Of a stretch of DNA of 64,000 nucleotides, positions 48,645 to 62,695 are shown one piece after another. Positions within the stretch are counted from its first letter, which is position 1; each line of letters begins with the position of its first letter. The position numbers and the translations under genes were made by a program. Origin of the DNA: Azolla caroliniana (Eukaryota; Plantae; Polypodiophyta); contig JBHGNT010000126.1 in assembly GCA_043228905.1 (NCBI GenBank), positions 8,682 to 72,681 on the forward strand. The letters run 5' to 3'. A model generated the notes under the pieces. It made no database searches, had not been told where the DNA came from, and saw only the letters and a program-made list of their open reading frames with translations.

Positions 48645-49819
48645 ACAAGATGCTCAATGAAATTCTGAAACACATCTGTTTGCTGGTGTTTTTAGGAGGG
48701 TTTTTTGGTCTCATGTATTGGTAAAACGTCAATTTGAGATTAGCATTCTTATTTTGATTGGAAATTTCTTAAAACCTCTGATGTTTACAAATCAGTTGTC
48801 TGTAAGATAAGATTCTAAAATATATATTTTAGTATATTCACCACTCCTATATGGAATTTTAGAGAGGTAGAAAATTTCCGTTTCTTGCGCTATTTAGTAA
48901 TTTGTAAAATATGACTCGTAAATTGTTAAAGCTCATCAGGTTAGGAACAGAAATCTTAGCATTATTTATTCATGTGATTGATTCTTAGATATATTTGATT
49001 CTATGATTATTTGATGATACAACAATTTATCAGCCCAACTTCCCATTGACAAATCCAATGTCAAAGGAGTTTGGATGCTGCATCCATAATTCTCGTTGGC
49101 ATAATCCTCCAGAACTTTTGCTAAATGTTATTTCAGAAGCCTCATCTATCCTCCTCCTTTTGTAAACCTAATAGTAAACAGATTCTCGGAATCTCGAATT
49201 GCTTGTAATCCTTAAAAGAACTCTCAGAATGTAAGAATGTTCAGGTGACAGGTCTTCTCAATCACATCTATTTGACTTCATAGTTCCATAGTATAGAACA
49301 TAAGATAGAAATAATTTAAGAATCTTCTCAAATCTATTTGACTTCATACTTCCCTTAGTATAGGACATGGGATAGAAAAAAGTTAGGATTTAGAGATAAT
49401 TCTAGAGTTTTAGCCAAAAAAGGGAAGAGTTTTAGGATGAATATAAAATCAGTATTGTAGGCAACATAAGTTGTTTGGTCTTTAATGCTTTTAAGCAAGA
49501 GATCATTGACTTCTACTAGTTACAGTTTTAATACTTGATAGATAGTATAGATAATAGAATGGGCCGTCTTATCATTAGATAAGTATATCATGTTTATCTC
49601 ATACTATCAATAGTATGATACTATTTCTCCCATGCTATTTATCTTGTACTTGCACATGTCATGCCATTTAATAAATTTATATATTAGTTACCACTATATC
49701 TTTGGGTTATAGCCCATTGTAGACAAACGAGGCCTTGATTTCTGTCATGACAAAACTCTCTTTTAATATATATTTTATAGATCACAAACATATGCTTGCA
49801 AATATTTATGTAATCCCTA

Positions 49820-50460
49820 AACACTAACATTCCCTCCAAGCACACATTTATGTCATGAAGTCCTAACTTTCTTCAACACATTGTGGCTTCAACATATCTC
49901 GCAACCACAAGTGCATGCTGCTTAGATGCTTGCATAAATTTACTGCCTATACTAACAACATGCAATATTTAGTCTTGAAATGATAAGGTAAACAATTTTC
50001 CGACTATTTGCCGATATATGCATCTTCAATTATGAGTACTTTTTCTACCCAAGATTTTTTCCTTAGGTCATTTAACTAGTTTTGAATCATACATATATAA
50101 TTATTTTGACCTTTATGACATAAACCTTCTTTGACATAGTATAAAACCATCAAGATATTTCATGACTTTAAACCAAGAAAACACCGTAACTCTCCTAAAT
50201 CTTTCATTTCAAACTCACATGTCCATTTCTTCTTAACATTGGTCAACTAACGTTCATTTGTGATTATAAGATTCTTCAGCACCTCCTCTATTTCAGTAGC
50301 TTCCACTAGTCTCTTTTACACAATTAACATGGTGAATTCATCATCTTTCTCAACAATATCCCAAAGATCTAATTAGTGGAGATACAGTTCAATTACAAAG
50401 GATAATTATATTCCCCAAACTACTCTACTTTTGCTACTTGTATTGTCATCTTCCAAAGTC
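49820..50460 (-). mobile_element. Decayed Ty1/copia RT remnant
   Basis: Minus-strand EFEMKDLGELRCFLG at ~50175-50216 and SKFMQASKQHALVVARY at ~49895-49945 (~SRFMQxPKxxHLxAAKR). Confidence 0.75.
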
Positions 50461-50951
50461 TAAACTTACACCTCAATACAATGAGTTTCAATAACTTTAT
50501 TAGACAATAGTTTTAATTTACAACAAATGTTGTTTCAAATCAAAATTCAAATAAAATATTTACAATATGTTTTGTTGACCAAACTTAGTAGCAGATCTTT
50601 AAGAGAAGATAATAAATGGCTTAGACTATTGATTTGCTTCCAGGACTAGGTTACGTAGAAATCTCTGAGAGCGTCATTTCTTCATCTTTATTCTTTTGAC
50701 ACCACCAGCACACAATTGATCTATTATAACAATTTTTTTAGAACCCTAATGTTTTACAAATATGACAATACCAAAGGATCCAATAAAAAATTATCTATAG
50801 CTAGCTAGATAGTGTTAATGTGATTTTCACCATCCTCACTTTTCATGGGACTTCTTTGGGGTGCTCATAAAAACAACATTTTCCCCAAACATTTGGTATT
50901 TAGGATATTGGTCTGAATGACATTTAACTTATTGCGGGATGTATTTGCAAG

Positions 50952-50988
50952 TATATATATATATATAGATATATATATATATATATAT
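50952..50988. repeat. (TA)n microsatellite
   Basis: Interrupted TA run of ~18 units. Confidence 0.9.
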
Positions 50989-52839
50989 TAACGTCTTCTA
51001 AGACCAAAATTGGCCCATAAGACAATTGGTTTACAACAAAAATGGGGTATTTATCCATTCATTGAAAGTAAAAATAAAATATAAGAGGAACACTTCAAAA
51101 GTTGGTCAATCTTGGAGTGCATCAATTTGTTAAATATGATTTCCTTTGGCATTGCTCATATGTTTGTGATTGTTATTGCAATTTATGCAACATGGGGATA
51201 GAGATATTGGATGGGGATGAGCTGCAATCATCTCATTGTAAGAGTTCAGTAAATATTGAGTGGGAAAGGATACGATCTTAGATTTCTTATTCAGAGTTAT
51301 TTTATTCCCTAAAATAGTCGCTCTTGATGATGCCAACAAGTATTACTAGTTATCATAATTGCTATTAATATATTTGCATGTGTTTGTTTCTATTCATTAT
51401 GGTACATTGGGTTTTTGCATGTGTGCATGTCAACACATTTTGTACACATGTGGTCGGATTGTTACCCATGGTAAAAACACAGTTTTGATTATTCATATAG
51501 CATAAGTCACCATTGTATTACAACAAGCAAACTCTTTAGTAAGTTTCCTTCGTAGATAGTAAACATCTAAATCATTTGTACTAATGTAACCATTACTAAG
51601 TTAAACCCATCCATTTAGTAAATACATATTTAAACATTCAAATTAAGATTTGTGACTCTATTCTAGAGTTGTTATTAATGAAAGAATTGTCGATGTCCAG
51701 GTAAAGGGACAAAATATTTGATAGGTAGACATTTGTTACCTTTGACGAAACCTTTAAACAACAAAACCGATATAAATCAATATTGTCCTCATCTATGAAG
51801 ATTCAAATCTAATATCAATGTGTATGTGGTGGATGTTTAACATGTGTTTTAAACCTTGAAAGGATAATTAAAGAGACCATCAAGATGCAAGCCTTCCCAA
51901 TTACTTAAGCATGGTCTTTTCCTTAAAACCTTCCAAAAGTTTTGAGTTAATGAATTTTTTTAGAGATAAAGTTTGGTCTATATCATTTACAAGTTGCATG
52001 ATAATCTTAGAGGATGAATGTAAACCAAAGTCCTTATTATTTGAAGCTAATGATCACGAGTTATAGAGAAAAGATGGAGAAGAAACAAACACTATAAATC
52101 ACTATTATAAAGAGAATACGAACTCCTTAGACTCTAGATAAGTCCACACATTAAAGTGTTTTAGTCACTAATAAGAATAATAATCACTCCCCCTTCCTTT
52201 TACTAAGACTCTTCTAAACTCGTCTTTCTTTCTCTAAGAATCCCCGTCCTCAATCCTTTCTATTCATCATTTCTCTCTCCTATTTTGTTATGTACACATA
52301 ACGTACGTGAGGGTAGGTCATTAATATTTATAAGTGAAGGGTATGTTCACTAATGTGATTGGATAGGAAGAATGATAGGTGCATGCACTATCATGGTCTT
52401 GACAACCAATTAATGGAGAGTCTTTTAGAAAGGCACATTTATTCAAGGAGCCTAGGACGAGTTATAAATATGGGGTTTAGCTACCCTCATAAGAACATTA
52501 CGTCGAAACGTTGTTGTCTTAGACACCGGTGGTGCGGGTTAGTCATCCTAATATCCAGCGGTATGGGACATCGGTGGTAGGGGGGCCATTTACGATTTTT
52601 ACAAAATATCCACGTATAGACCTAGTTCTCCTCTTTGACACCACTTATGTTATTATTATTATTTCTATTTTGTAGCTCTCATTTTGACATCCAAAATATC
52701 GTTCAAAAGTACATGTTGACTTTTTAACAAAAAAAATTATCTATTAAGAAAACATATCCTTCCATTAGTTTTAAAAAACATATCAGCTACAAAATACAAA
52801 ATGATGGAAATGAAGTGATTATCCTTCCCAACCCCTCTT

Positions 52840-53400
52840 GTGTAAGACAATAGCTAGCCATGAATCATTCGTTTGATAGACTTGATTGAGCACTTCCTCA
52901 ATAGTTGAAACATACCATGAATTTGGATATGTTCAAACCAAATCAATCTTCCTCATCATGTTCATATTCAACATATCCAAATACCACCTTTGGGTCATCA
53001 CATGCATCCAATATACCACCACATTTACAATGACCAAGCATCCTTTATTTTCCATATTCAACATAAAACTCAAGCAAAGCATAATGGTATAGAGGTCATT
53101 TTGTATGCCTCGATCCATGATTCCAACATGTATGAACATGCCATCATGTAAAGCCATGTGATCAATACCCACCTTAAGGAATCTCAACCCATCAAACAAT
53201 TTATATGCATATGATAAACTTCCACATGTTGCATACAAATCAATAGTGCTTCTAATGAGCATATTCAAGTTTATACCTAGCTGAGCAATGGCAATATGGA
53301 TTTCTTTTCCTTTCTTTTAACTCTGATGTGCTCGAACATGAAAATCACATCTTGAATGCAAGATTTGAAGAACAATGACACCATCCATCACATAAGAAGA
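52840..53400 (-). pseudogene. PLS-class PPR pseudogene fragment
   Basis: GKEIHIAIAQLGINLNMLIRSTIDLYATCGSLSYAYKLFDGL, followed by frameshifted sequence. Confidence 0.75.
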
Positions 53401-53762
53401 AACAGACTTATTCCGAATGAATACATAAGAGCATCCCCCCCCCCCAAACTTGTTTCAATGACGCCATCCATCTCATAAGAAGAAATGGGACTCTGCATAC
53501 ATATCATTTAGCATATTAGTGATTACAAGATCATGTTTCAAACCCTTTTCCTTTCTTTTAACTCAGATGTGTTCGAACATGAAAATCACATCTTGAATGC
53601 AAGATTTGAAGAACAATGACACCATCCATCACATAAGAAGAAACGGACTTCTTCCGAATGCATACATAAGAGCATCCCTCCCCCCACTTGGTTTAATGAC
53701 TCCATCCATCTCATAAGAAGAAATGGGATTCTGCATACATATCATTTAGCATATTAGTGATT
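53305..53762. repeat. ~240-bp tandem duplication
   Basis: TTTTCCTTTCTTTTAACTC...CATTTAGCATATTAGTGATT at ~53305-53524 and ~53546-53762, each with an internal CCATCCATC(A/T)CATAAGAAGAAA sub-repeat. Confidence 0.9.
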
Positions 53763-55869
53763 TAACAAATCTTTTCTTGCTCAAATATGGAGTTGGGATG
53801 AAGAAGTTATAGCGTTTTCCACAATCTTCTTATTCACTTCATTGACTTGCATTTTTTCTACTTTCTAACGTTTGGAAAAATGTCTTTATGTTTATACATT
53901 TGAATTTCTTATTATCTCGATAGTGATGATGATTGAATCTTTTATCCTTGAGTGTTCTAGTGTCCAACGTATTTGCAACAATCATTTTTTAGGAAGAAAA
54001 ATTGGCATATCATTCAATAAGACATTTCTTTTATCAATACCAAAGTAAACTCAACCTTCAATGAAGATAAGAATTTATTTATTAACATTTTTAGTAAACA
54101 TGTCAACATTTCAAATTGGAGTAAGTGAAGGATGGCCTAAAGGTACTCTAGTTAGAAATAATTTTTTTACTATACATGGTCATTGATTAGAAATGGAAAG
54201 AATCATTCCTCACAAGGAAACTAATTGTTTTTCAAACTAATGTAAATGGATAGGTCCCCTTTACACCTAACCTTAATCCTACTTCAATTATGAATATCAT
54301 CTAAATTTATTGTGGCAAATATGTAAGGAAACACAATTGTAAACACTTTATATATTAATATTTTGAGGATATGAATGCAAAGCTCTCAATAAGGACTTAA
54401 AAGTAAATGAGAAAAAATTATTTCAATCTATGCATGCCCCACGTGGCATTAAATGGATTTGGGAAAGCTTTAATCGAAGCCTAAACTACAAAATTGGTCA
54501 GTATGTTACATCATGACCTTACCATGATGCGAATAAAGATATTGTATGCACGTTTCTTAAGAACCAAACTTTTTAGCACTCTCACTTTTGTTTCTTGTTT
54601 TTAATACAATTATTGTTGCAATGGAACACAATTTCCTTTTCAAGCATGAAAATGAGCTGATATATACATGTGTGTAGGACAATTTACAAAGTGAATATAC
54701 ATGTGATGATGTGTGTGAGAGAGGCATTTAAAGGAACATCTAAGTAAAACTCCTAGCTTGCGTCGGAGTAATGATTAAATTGACAAAATTATCACTTCAA
54801 TATCTTTATACTTTATTCAATTGAAAATTGTTTTGCCATTAAACTTTGAAATTCTTTGGAAAAATTATATGAGAACTAGTAATATTTGGCTTATCAACAT
54901 TTAGCATGTCATGATCATTACTACTTCTATATTAACATTGGCTTGTGAGAACGCCAGGAATAATAGTTTCACATTGTAATATAATATACATATATGATTC
55001 TTCTAATGACCTTAGGTTTTGGTCTTGCATAGAATGTTAAAATCCTTATGGGTACCATAATGTCAGTGTGAATCGTGGAGGTCATCGTAATTTATGTTCA
55101 ATATTTCATTATATCCATGAAGTGCATATCAATGAAACTTTGGTATTACTACATCTTGAGTACAACGGCACAATTAGAGTTGACAAACTATGATTATGAT
55201 GTTGCATACTTCATGGAATTCTTGTAGAAGTGACTGTCATTTGTGTAAACATGACACATCTCTTGGTCACACATGACTTGCAAAGTAACTTCTTATGTTT
55301 CATGAAGATGCAATGCATGTGGAGGACCATATCTGTAGCATTCATGGCATTAATTCTTGTATCTTAATTCAATATGTAAACTCAAAGACTTGTAGAATAT
55401 TGTTATTTTATCACTGATCTACTTATCACAATTATGTAATTATCACATTAAAAAATACTCGCACATGAGATGTAGTTTGTTTCAACCCATTTTGCTTTTT
55501 CCTCGAATGGTACATGTTCATACAATAATATAGTTTTTTCACTTCCATGTAGTAACTAAAGTAACCATAATTCAACCACACATGGGGCATTTTGAATGTG
55601 CACACATCACCTACTTAATCTACGTTGGTCTCTTACTCAATGAAGTCTATATTCAATTGATATGTGTGAAAAAGACCATGCGCTTAAAAAAGGAAATGAT
55701 TGACATGATGCTAGACCTCAAAAATATGCCCCAGCCAGCCTTTTGGATCATCACATACCTTCTATATCCATTAGATCATGGGGCGAATGCTATCTTTTTT
55801 TCTTTTGTTTTTTTCCATAAAAAATATCCTCCATTGGTATTAAAATGAAAGGAAACAATATACATATAT

Positions 55870-56370
55870 TGTCTTGCATCTGTTCAAAACTAATACAACA
55901 CCTCCTCTACATATCCATAGTCTCTATAGCCTCTTTTGAGTGCATTCCATGAGATGATATTTGAAACCATAATTTTGCTAAATGTTTTCTGCATAGTTTC
56001 TACGTTTCAACCATATTTCAAACTTAAACTAGACCATTCAAAAAGACTTCTTGTGGCAAATACTTGTTAAGCTTCAACCATACTTCTCAATAAGGGCACT
56101 TGTTTCTGTGACCTCCATGTTTTGTGAGGACATTTGAACATGGAAGTTGTTCCCTTTCTATATATCTCCATGTTGCCACATGCTTTCAACATACCAGCAA
56201 ATGTCATCATATTAAACCCCTCCATTTGCAAATGGTCAACAAAATTAAGAGTTTCTTCACAAAACCCAATTCCACATTACCTTGATATTGCATAAATTGA
56301 ACATAATTCAATGATTCTTTATCTTGGTCGTTCTCTACATATCCTCTTGTGCTTTTGCAAGGAAACAAAA
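55870..56370 (-). pseudogene. PLS-class PPR pseudogene fragment
   Basis: Minus-strand MTFAGMLKACGNM, SMVEA*QVF and NIISWNALKRGYRDYGYVEEVLY*/FEQMQ, with stops and frameshifts. Confidence 0.8.
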
Positions 56371-58269
56371 TAATATGGATAGTATCCGGGGCGAATGCTA
56401 TCTTTCCACATCAACGGTCTTTACATACCATTGTCAAGCATGTGATATCTACACACATTATGCTTGTATGTAAAGCCTTAGGGCGTAGTATCTTTTTTTG
56501 GAAAAAAAATTTAAAAAAATGATGATCATAATCATTCATATGGCTCATCAATACTTCATTTTGGATGAATTTAAAACAATTAGATTGGACTCAATATGTG
56601 TAGGGCCATGCAAGAATACAAACCATGATGTTTTTATGTTTCTTCACAAGAGCAATTTGAAAGTAAACAAGATTCAAGAAGGTTGAGGAGATACAATGTC
56701 GTGAACCTTGAACGCATATTCACAAGGGATACAATTAATACAAAAATAAAAAAGACTTAGTGAAGCCAAGAGAATACACTTTGTGACCCTAGAACACATT
56801 TCAATTTATTTAACTATTAGAACCACAAGTAAAATAGAGAGGTCCAATAGAGAGGTTATTGTTTGACCTTAATTACTTTGCTTATGTGAAACTCATGACA
56901 ACATTAATTTTACATATAATATATAATTAAGAATAAATATGTAGTACAATGTTGAAGATAGACATGGGAAACTCTCTAGTATGCATATAATATAGAACGA
57001 GGGAGACAATCCTCCTTTCATGTTTAGGTATATTTGTTGAACTTCGTCCCATGAGTTTGTTACAAACCAAGGGACAATTAACATGTTGACATATGCATGT
57101 GAATAGAACCAAATATTCATTTTTCAATGTCTATCATGTACCAATATCATAACAAAAGTGGTGCAAAATATGGATGCACATTAGCAATATATGGTTGCCC
57201 CGTCATTGCCTGAGTGATGATCAATAAGGGTGGCAAACTTAAATAGAGCAATAAATAAATTTAGTTACCACATCAACATCCACCAAAGACCAATATAAAC
57301 AATGCACAAGTTTATGATCGATGTCCATTATGAGCCTAAGATAGTAATAAGAGAACATGTGGGTGATCATTGATTGGCGTCAACGACCTATAAATAGCAC
57401 CAAACATGCATTGAACCTCTCAATATCCATCATGTACCAATAAGACAACCAAGTTGGTGCAAAAAATTTCCCCATCTCACGTTGAAGAGAATATGCGCTA
57501 AGTTCTATGGAAGTGTGGTGTGAATGGTGGACAAAGAGACAAGCTCTAGTATTTAGCAATGAGTGCAATTTTCCCATAAAGGGAAGAAGATGGTTTTGTA
57601 GCTTGGTGCGTCATATATAATATAATATGTGAAATGTGAGCCTCCACATTTTGTCCGAGTTATGTTACAAAAAAACCTTATCCACCAACGAATGTAAGGA
57701 TGCAACGTGAAGCAAATGTGATCTATCCAATTTTCCAAACCACTTCATATCTTTCATCCATCTAAAATCCAAAAGTTTATTTTTATGTTTCTTGAATCGT
57801 TTTACTTGCATCCCTTGTTATTCTAGGAAGTCTTTGGAGGTTAAATATGAGCTACCAAACTAAAAAACATAATGTAAAGGCATCTCCAAAGTCAATGGTG
57901 GGCTTTAACATACAGTCATGCTCCAAAGGAGTATCTATTGTAACCTCAAAAATTTATGAACTTCAACCAATTGAGAAACTCTTGCACCAAATCAAGGCAA
58001 CCCTTGAGATTTTCCAACTTACTTCAACGGTGAACAATTTTTCCACAAACAATATTTGCCAACTCCCCCATGGTAGATGTAAAGATTAATCTCTCTTAAG
58101 TGCTACTTTTGAAATGTAGACAAAGGCCCTTAAATAAAATGATGAACCTTAATCGACCCCATACTATCTCATCAAACAAAGCAAAACTAGCACTACCAGT
58201 GCTACTAGAGGAAAGTTCTAATTATATCTACGCAAACTCAAAAATGTCATGATTATTATGAGTTGCAAA

Positions 58270-59650
58270 CCTTAGTGTCCCCTCCAAAGTCTTAGGATCT
58301 TCCACAAATCAAAGATACCATTCACATAATCTAGATAACCACTTTCAAAATAATCACAAAGACCAATATTACCCCATCCACTATTTATTGCAATTTTACA
58401 ATATTTTAAAGCATAAGTAGAACCTAGACAAGAACTTTCTTTGTTATTATCAAGTCTTAGAACTACATATTGAGCATTGACGTTCAATATTCACTACACA
58501 TGTTTCCAATTTTGAGTTGTAAATATCAAAAAAAACTTGTAGCTTCGGAGATTTTTTTGAGCTACAACACAAAGCAACCCGAACAATCAACCCAAAATTG
58601 TTCGTGTGAAGAGAACCACCTAGGCATGATTTGTTGGATATGATGGAGGGTGGAGCTAGATAATCAATCAAATTTTATTTACGAACATCTTAAGCATAAT
58701 TAATCAAATTTCTCAAACAAATTGAACTTAGGCCCTCATAGTCCCACTTTGGAACGCAATGCAGATGTATGAGAGGCTACTCATGTCGCAAGTACTTAAA
58801 CATTTGCTTTCAACTACTTACATACTAAAGCAAGTTGGTGAACTTGTTGCATCAAAGATGTCATGACCTCCTTACTTCTTGTCACTTGTAACCTCTAAAA
58901 TGGCACTTGCCATGTAAAATTTACATGGCAATATTGAATATTTCCATTTAGATTTACATTATAAATCATAGAATTTGAGTGGAAATACTCATCCAATTTT
59001 TGACACTTCACGAAAGATAAATTAGCATAAGTTTGGCATTTATGAGTGTTGGCATACGGTATACCTATGAACAACATACTTTACAAAAGAAAATGCTAAT
59101 GTGAAAAACGTTACTAGTGTTGACACCACAAAGACAACTATCACAGAGTTTTATATGTCAACTATATGTGCACAACATTATATTGCAAAAAGTAATTGGA
59201 TCGATGACATGAAAAAGTGAGTTGCCATAACATTTAGATACATTTGAATGTCTATGGATGACTTCCTTGAAGTGGAGGCCCAACATTTTCCACTTAGTTG
59301 GGAGGAAACTCAAAGCTACAATGCCTTGTGTTTCATTGCTTCAAACAATGCATCATGTTGAAAATGATAGCAATTCATAAATGAATTTTTAAGATCACTT
59401 GATATGAAAATGGGAAGAAATTTAGATGGTTTTGTAATATTTTACTCCCATTTTCTAGCTACCAACCACCCAACACATGTCCATGGCTTATCTCACCCAT
59501 GCAAAAAAATCAAAATTCAATGGTATTATAATTGCCCATTTTCTTCATGCCATCATAAGATTGGAATCATTATATAAATTTTCTTAATTTGGCATATTCA
59601 TGCAAATGAAATAAACACATGATTTGAAATGTCCATCGTCTTGCCTTACA
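58270..59650 (-). mobile_element. Decayed hAT-family transposase remnant
   Basis: Ordered decayed motifs on the minus strand: PLIHLHCV (~IHCxAH), PRWFS (~TRWLS), NIERQCS (~CERxFS) and KIAINSG...IFDLWK. Boundaries are approximate. Confidence 0.4.
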
Positions 59651-61572
59651 ATGTCACCTTATGAGTAAAACAAATAAATATGACCTGTGTGGGTGACCTT
59701 GTGGGGTTCTCAATCCACAAGTGCACAACCTCTCGTCGCACATGTTAGTTGTTAGCAAGAAACATTGTCTACCCATAATATTGTCACCTTATTTAAAATA
59801 GATGTTTTGTTAGAGGCCAATGTAAACAAAACTTGTAGAAGAATATATTGATCCTACTTTCTAATCATGTAAAAACAACGAGGAAACGTTTGTCAAAAAA
59901 TCATATAATGATTTGACATCATCACGAATCAACATAAGTACATGGACTTAGTATGAAAATGCCATACCAAGATAAACTCTTAAAAACCATGTGTGCTAGA
60001 TAACTATCCCCTTCTCTTATTAAAGATGGTTTAAAAAAATCTCAAATGTGAGGCTTTGATTTCTTAATGACTGCTAAATTTATCATCCCTCCTACATTAA
60101 CAAATTTAGGAATACATATAAATTTGAAGCTTGAATTGGTTGAAATTCGCAACCTCGGGAAAAGGATCATTTTCACTACAAGGGAGTTAGTTTATTTTCA
60201 AAATATATAGGTTGAGATTTATGAAATTACAATTGATACTTTTTTTACTTTCAAAAAGCAAACAAAGTTCTTTCACGAACTAAGAATTCTTAATTCTAAC
60301 TGGCATAAGTCTTCTATGTATTTGAGCATTATACGTCTTTTATTTAATGCTATCTAAAACTTCAAACCCTACTTAGCTAGTGATTGGTTGTTTTTTCAAA
60401 CTTTCATGACTTTCATTAGGAAATGCGCATGAAAATCGTGATATGTTATCACGACATTAGAAAATGGTACTGAAAAAGGAGGTTTTTAGTGGGGACCTAG
60501 CATCAGTCCAAAAGACTAATTAAAGATCAAATTTTCATACGAGAATTTCTACTATGCTTTATTTCCATTCGAAATATTCTATCACTATATTGCTAAAATA
60601 CTACAAGGGATTAAAGAACAAATGGCAACTTTGTAGTGGTGATTCCCATCTCATTGTTTGCTTATACTTGAAAGTGAGGACAAAGGTATGTGAATGAATT
60701 GTGGAGAGAAATGACAAAATGGAATGGCAATATATACCCCCGCGATGGTTGTTCCCTCCATAGGTGGAGGTTCATTTCAATTTTGACATAAGGGGGGATA
60801 TCCGCCACTAAAATGTACCATTATAGGTTTGTATTTGCTTATTGCATTGGTAATGGAAAGTATGGTGTAGTTTATGTTAAAAATAGGTATGCGAATGAAT
60901 TGATGGAAGGCAACTTTAAAGTGGTAATGCACAAACATCTAATTATTTCCTAATTATATTAAGAATGGCCTCTCTTTAATTCCTTGAATTATTGGAAAAA
61001 TAAAAATTATCCTTTGGGTGGGTTGACAAAGGTGCGTTAATATGATAGATTCAGGTGTACATTTAAAATCCTTTAAATTGAATGCACGTGGTATGCTTAA
61101 AAATCAATGCAACATCTCAACTTCTAAATTATTTGAGTGTCCTACCTCCACTTGAGGAGAGCTCCTCTACCATACAAAACATTAATCAAGGTTCAATTCT
61201 ATAACAGCAAATGATGTTGCATTTCCAGATACTTGACCTTCACACATAACCGACATCTTTAACAATGTTTTAGTGACATAGCCACTCTATAACTAGAACC
61301 ATTGTAAATTTGTATTTTGTATGTTTATTCTACAAAGACACACAATATATGTCAAAGTTTACCAAGTGACTCATACATCGTACTTGTAGTTTGTTGGTTT
61401 ATACCTAGTATTCATCGATATCTAGGCATATATCAAACACGGGATTACATTCAAATAATAAAAGTTTGGGATCGTTTATGCGTTATATTCAATGTGGATA
61501 GTTACATTATAGATAATGTCGCAATATTATACATCATATTGGCCACATTAAAGTTCATGTTAGCACTTGTGA

Positions 61573-61573
<1 letters not shown>

Positions 61574-61625
<52 letters not shown>
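61574..61625. repeat. (TG)n microsatellite
   Basis: About 26 TG units. Confidence 0.95.
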
Positions 61626-61633
<8 letters not shown>

Positions 61634-62203
61634 GGTGGAATGCATATATAATATAATAATATAAGGAAAATTGGCACCAAGTCAAACCCGCATGTTGCAA
61701 CATGTTCTCAATGAAGACCTCAAATGATAGTGTAGTCGTGCATGTGCTAGCCACCACAACAACATAAAAGGAAGATTAACTTTCATGGCCACGAGCTATA
61801 ACTTGGACATATCATTATAATATGACAATAACGGTAGGTCCACACAACGTCAAATTTATAGTGTCATGAACTGATCAATAACGGTAGGTCCACACAACAT
61901 GCATACATGGTCATGAACTGATCAATATTGGAAAAGCTCAATATAACCATACATAATTCACAAGCTCCCATAATTAAGACACATGTTGCCAGTATTTCTT
62001 AACAACAAAGTTACTAACTAACCTCCACATGCATCACCTTCATGAAAGTGGTCACTCATGAGTCATGTGGCACAGCCAAGGCACTAATAGCGACCGGCCA
62101 TGATGACACCGTTTCCTCATAATTTGATGGTAGATTCGGCGAGAAGAATTTTTAACTTCGGTCCATGAGTGTGCCGAGATTCCCATTGAATTTGAAGAGA
62201 AAG

Positions 62204-62206
<3 letters not shown>

Positions 62207-62235
<29 letters not shown>
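62207..62235. repeat. Poly-G tract (~29 nt)
   Basis: Homopolymer run. Confidence 0.9.
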
Positions 62236-62237
<2 letters not shown>

Positions 62238-62412
62238 ATTGTTTTAGCATCATTGCCCAATCGACTTATTGAAACAACAAACTTTATTTATGTGTGTGAA
62301 TTGTATATTCATTATATTGTTACAATTTTGTAATGTTTAGGATGATGTATTTATGTATGTAAAGTTGGCATCAATATAACCACCTCTCCTTTTTCACTTA
62401 ATCTTGACAATT

Positions 62413-62414
<2 letters not shown>

Positions 62415-62474
<60 letters not shown>
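62415..62474. repeat. (AG)n microsatellite upstream of the trihelix gene
   Basis: About 30 AG units. Confidence 0.95.
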
Positions 62475-62475
<1 letters not shown>

Positions 62476-62695
62476 AATGTTTGCATTACCACTATTGAGT
62501 TACGCACTTTATCATGACCTAATTCATGATAACTAGCGTTAAAATAAAAAACATATACGCCCTCTAATCTGATTGTAAATATTGATCATCTAAATTACCT
62601 CGTAAAAATCACACCCAATTATCTTGTCATCCTTTGAATAATATAATTCTTGATCATCAGCATCTCTTTTCATTAAAATCCTTTGATTTCCATTC

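Noticed and set aside
49468-49735. Tourist-like MITE ending CAAACGAGGCC
   Set aside because: Only one convincing terminus; no matching left TIR or TSD.
57380-57760. CACTA transposase remnant (WYMMDIERF)
   Set aside because: A single weak motif is not enough to assign a family.
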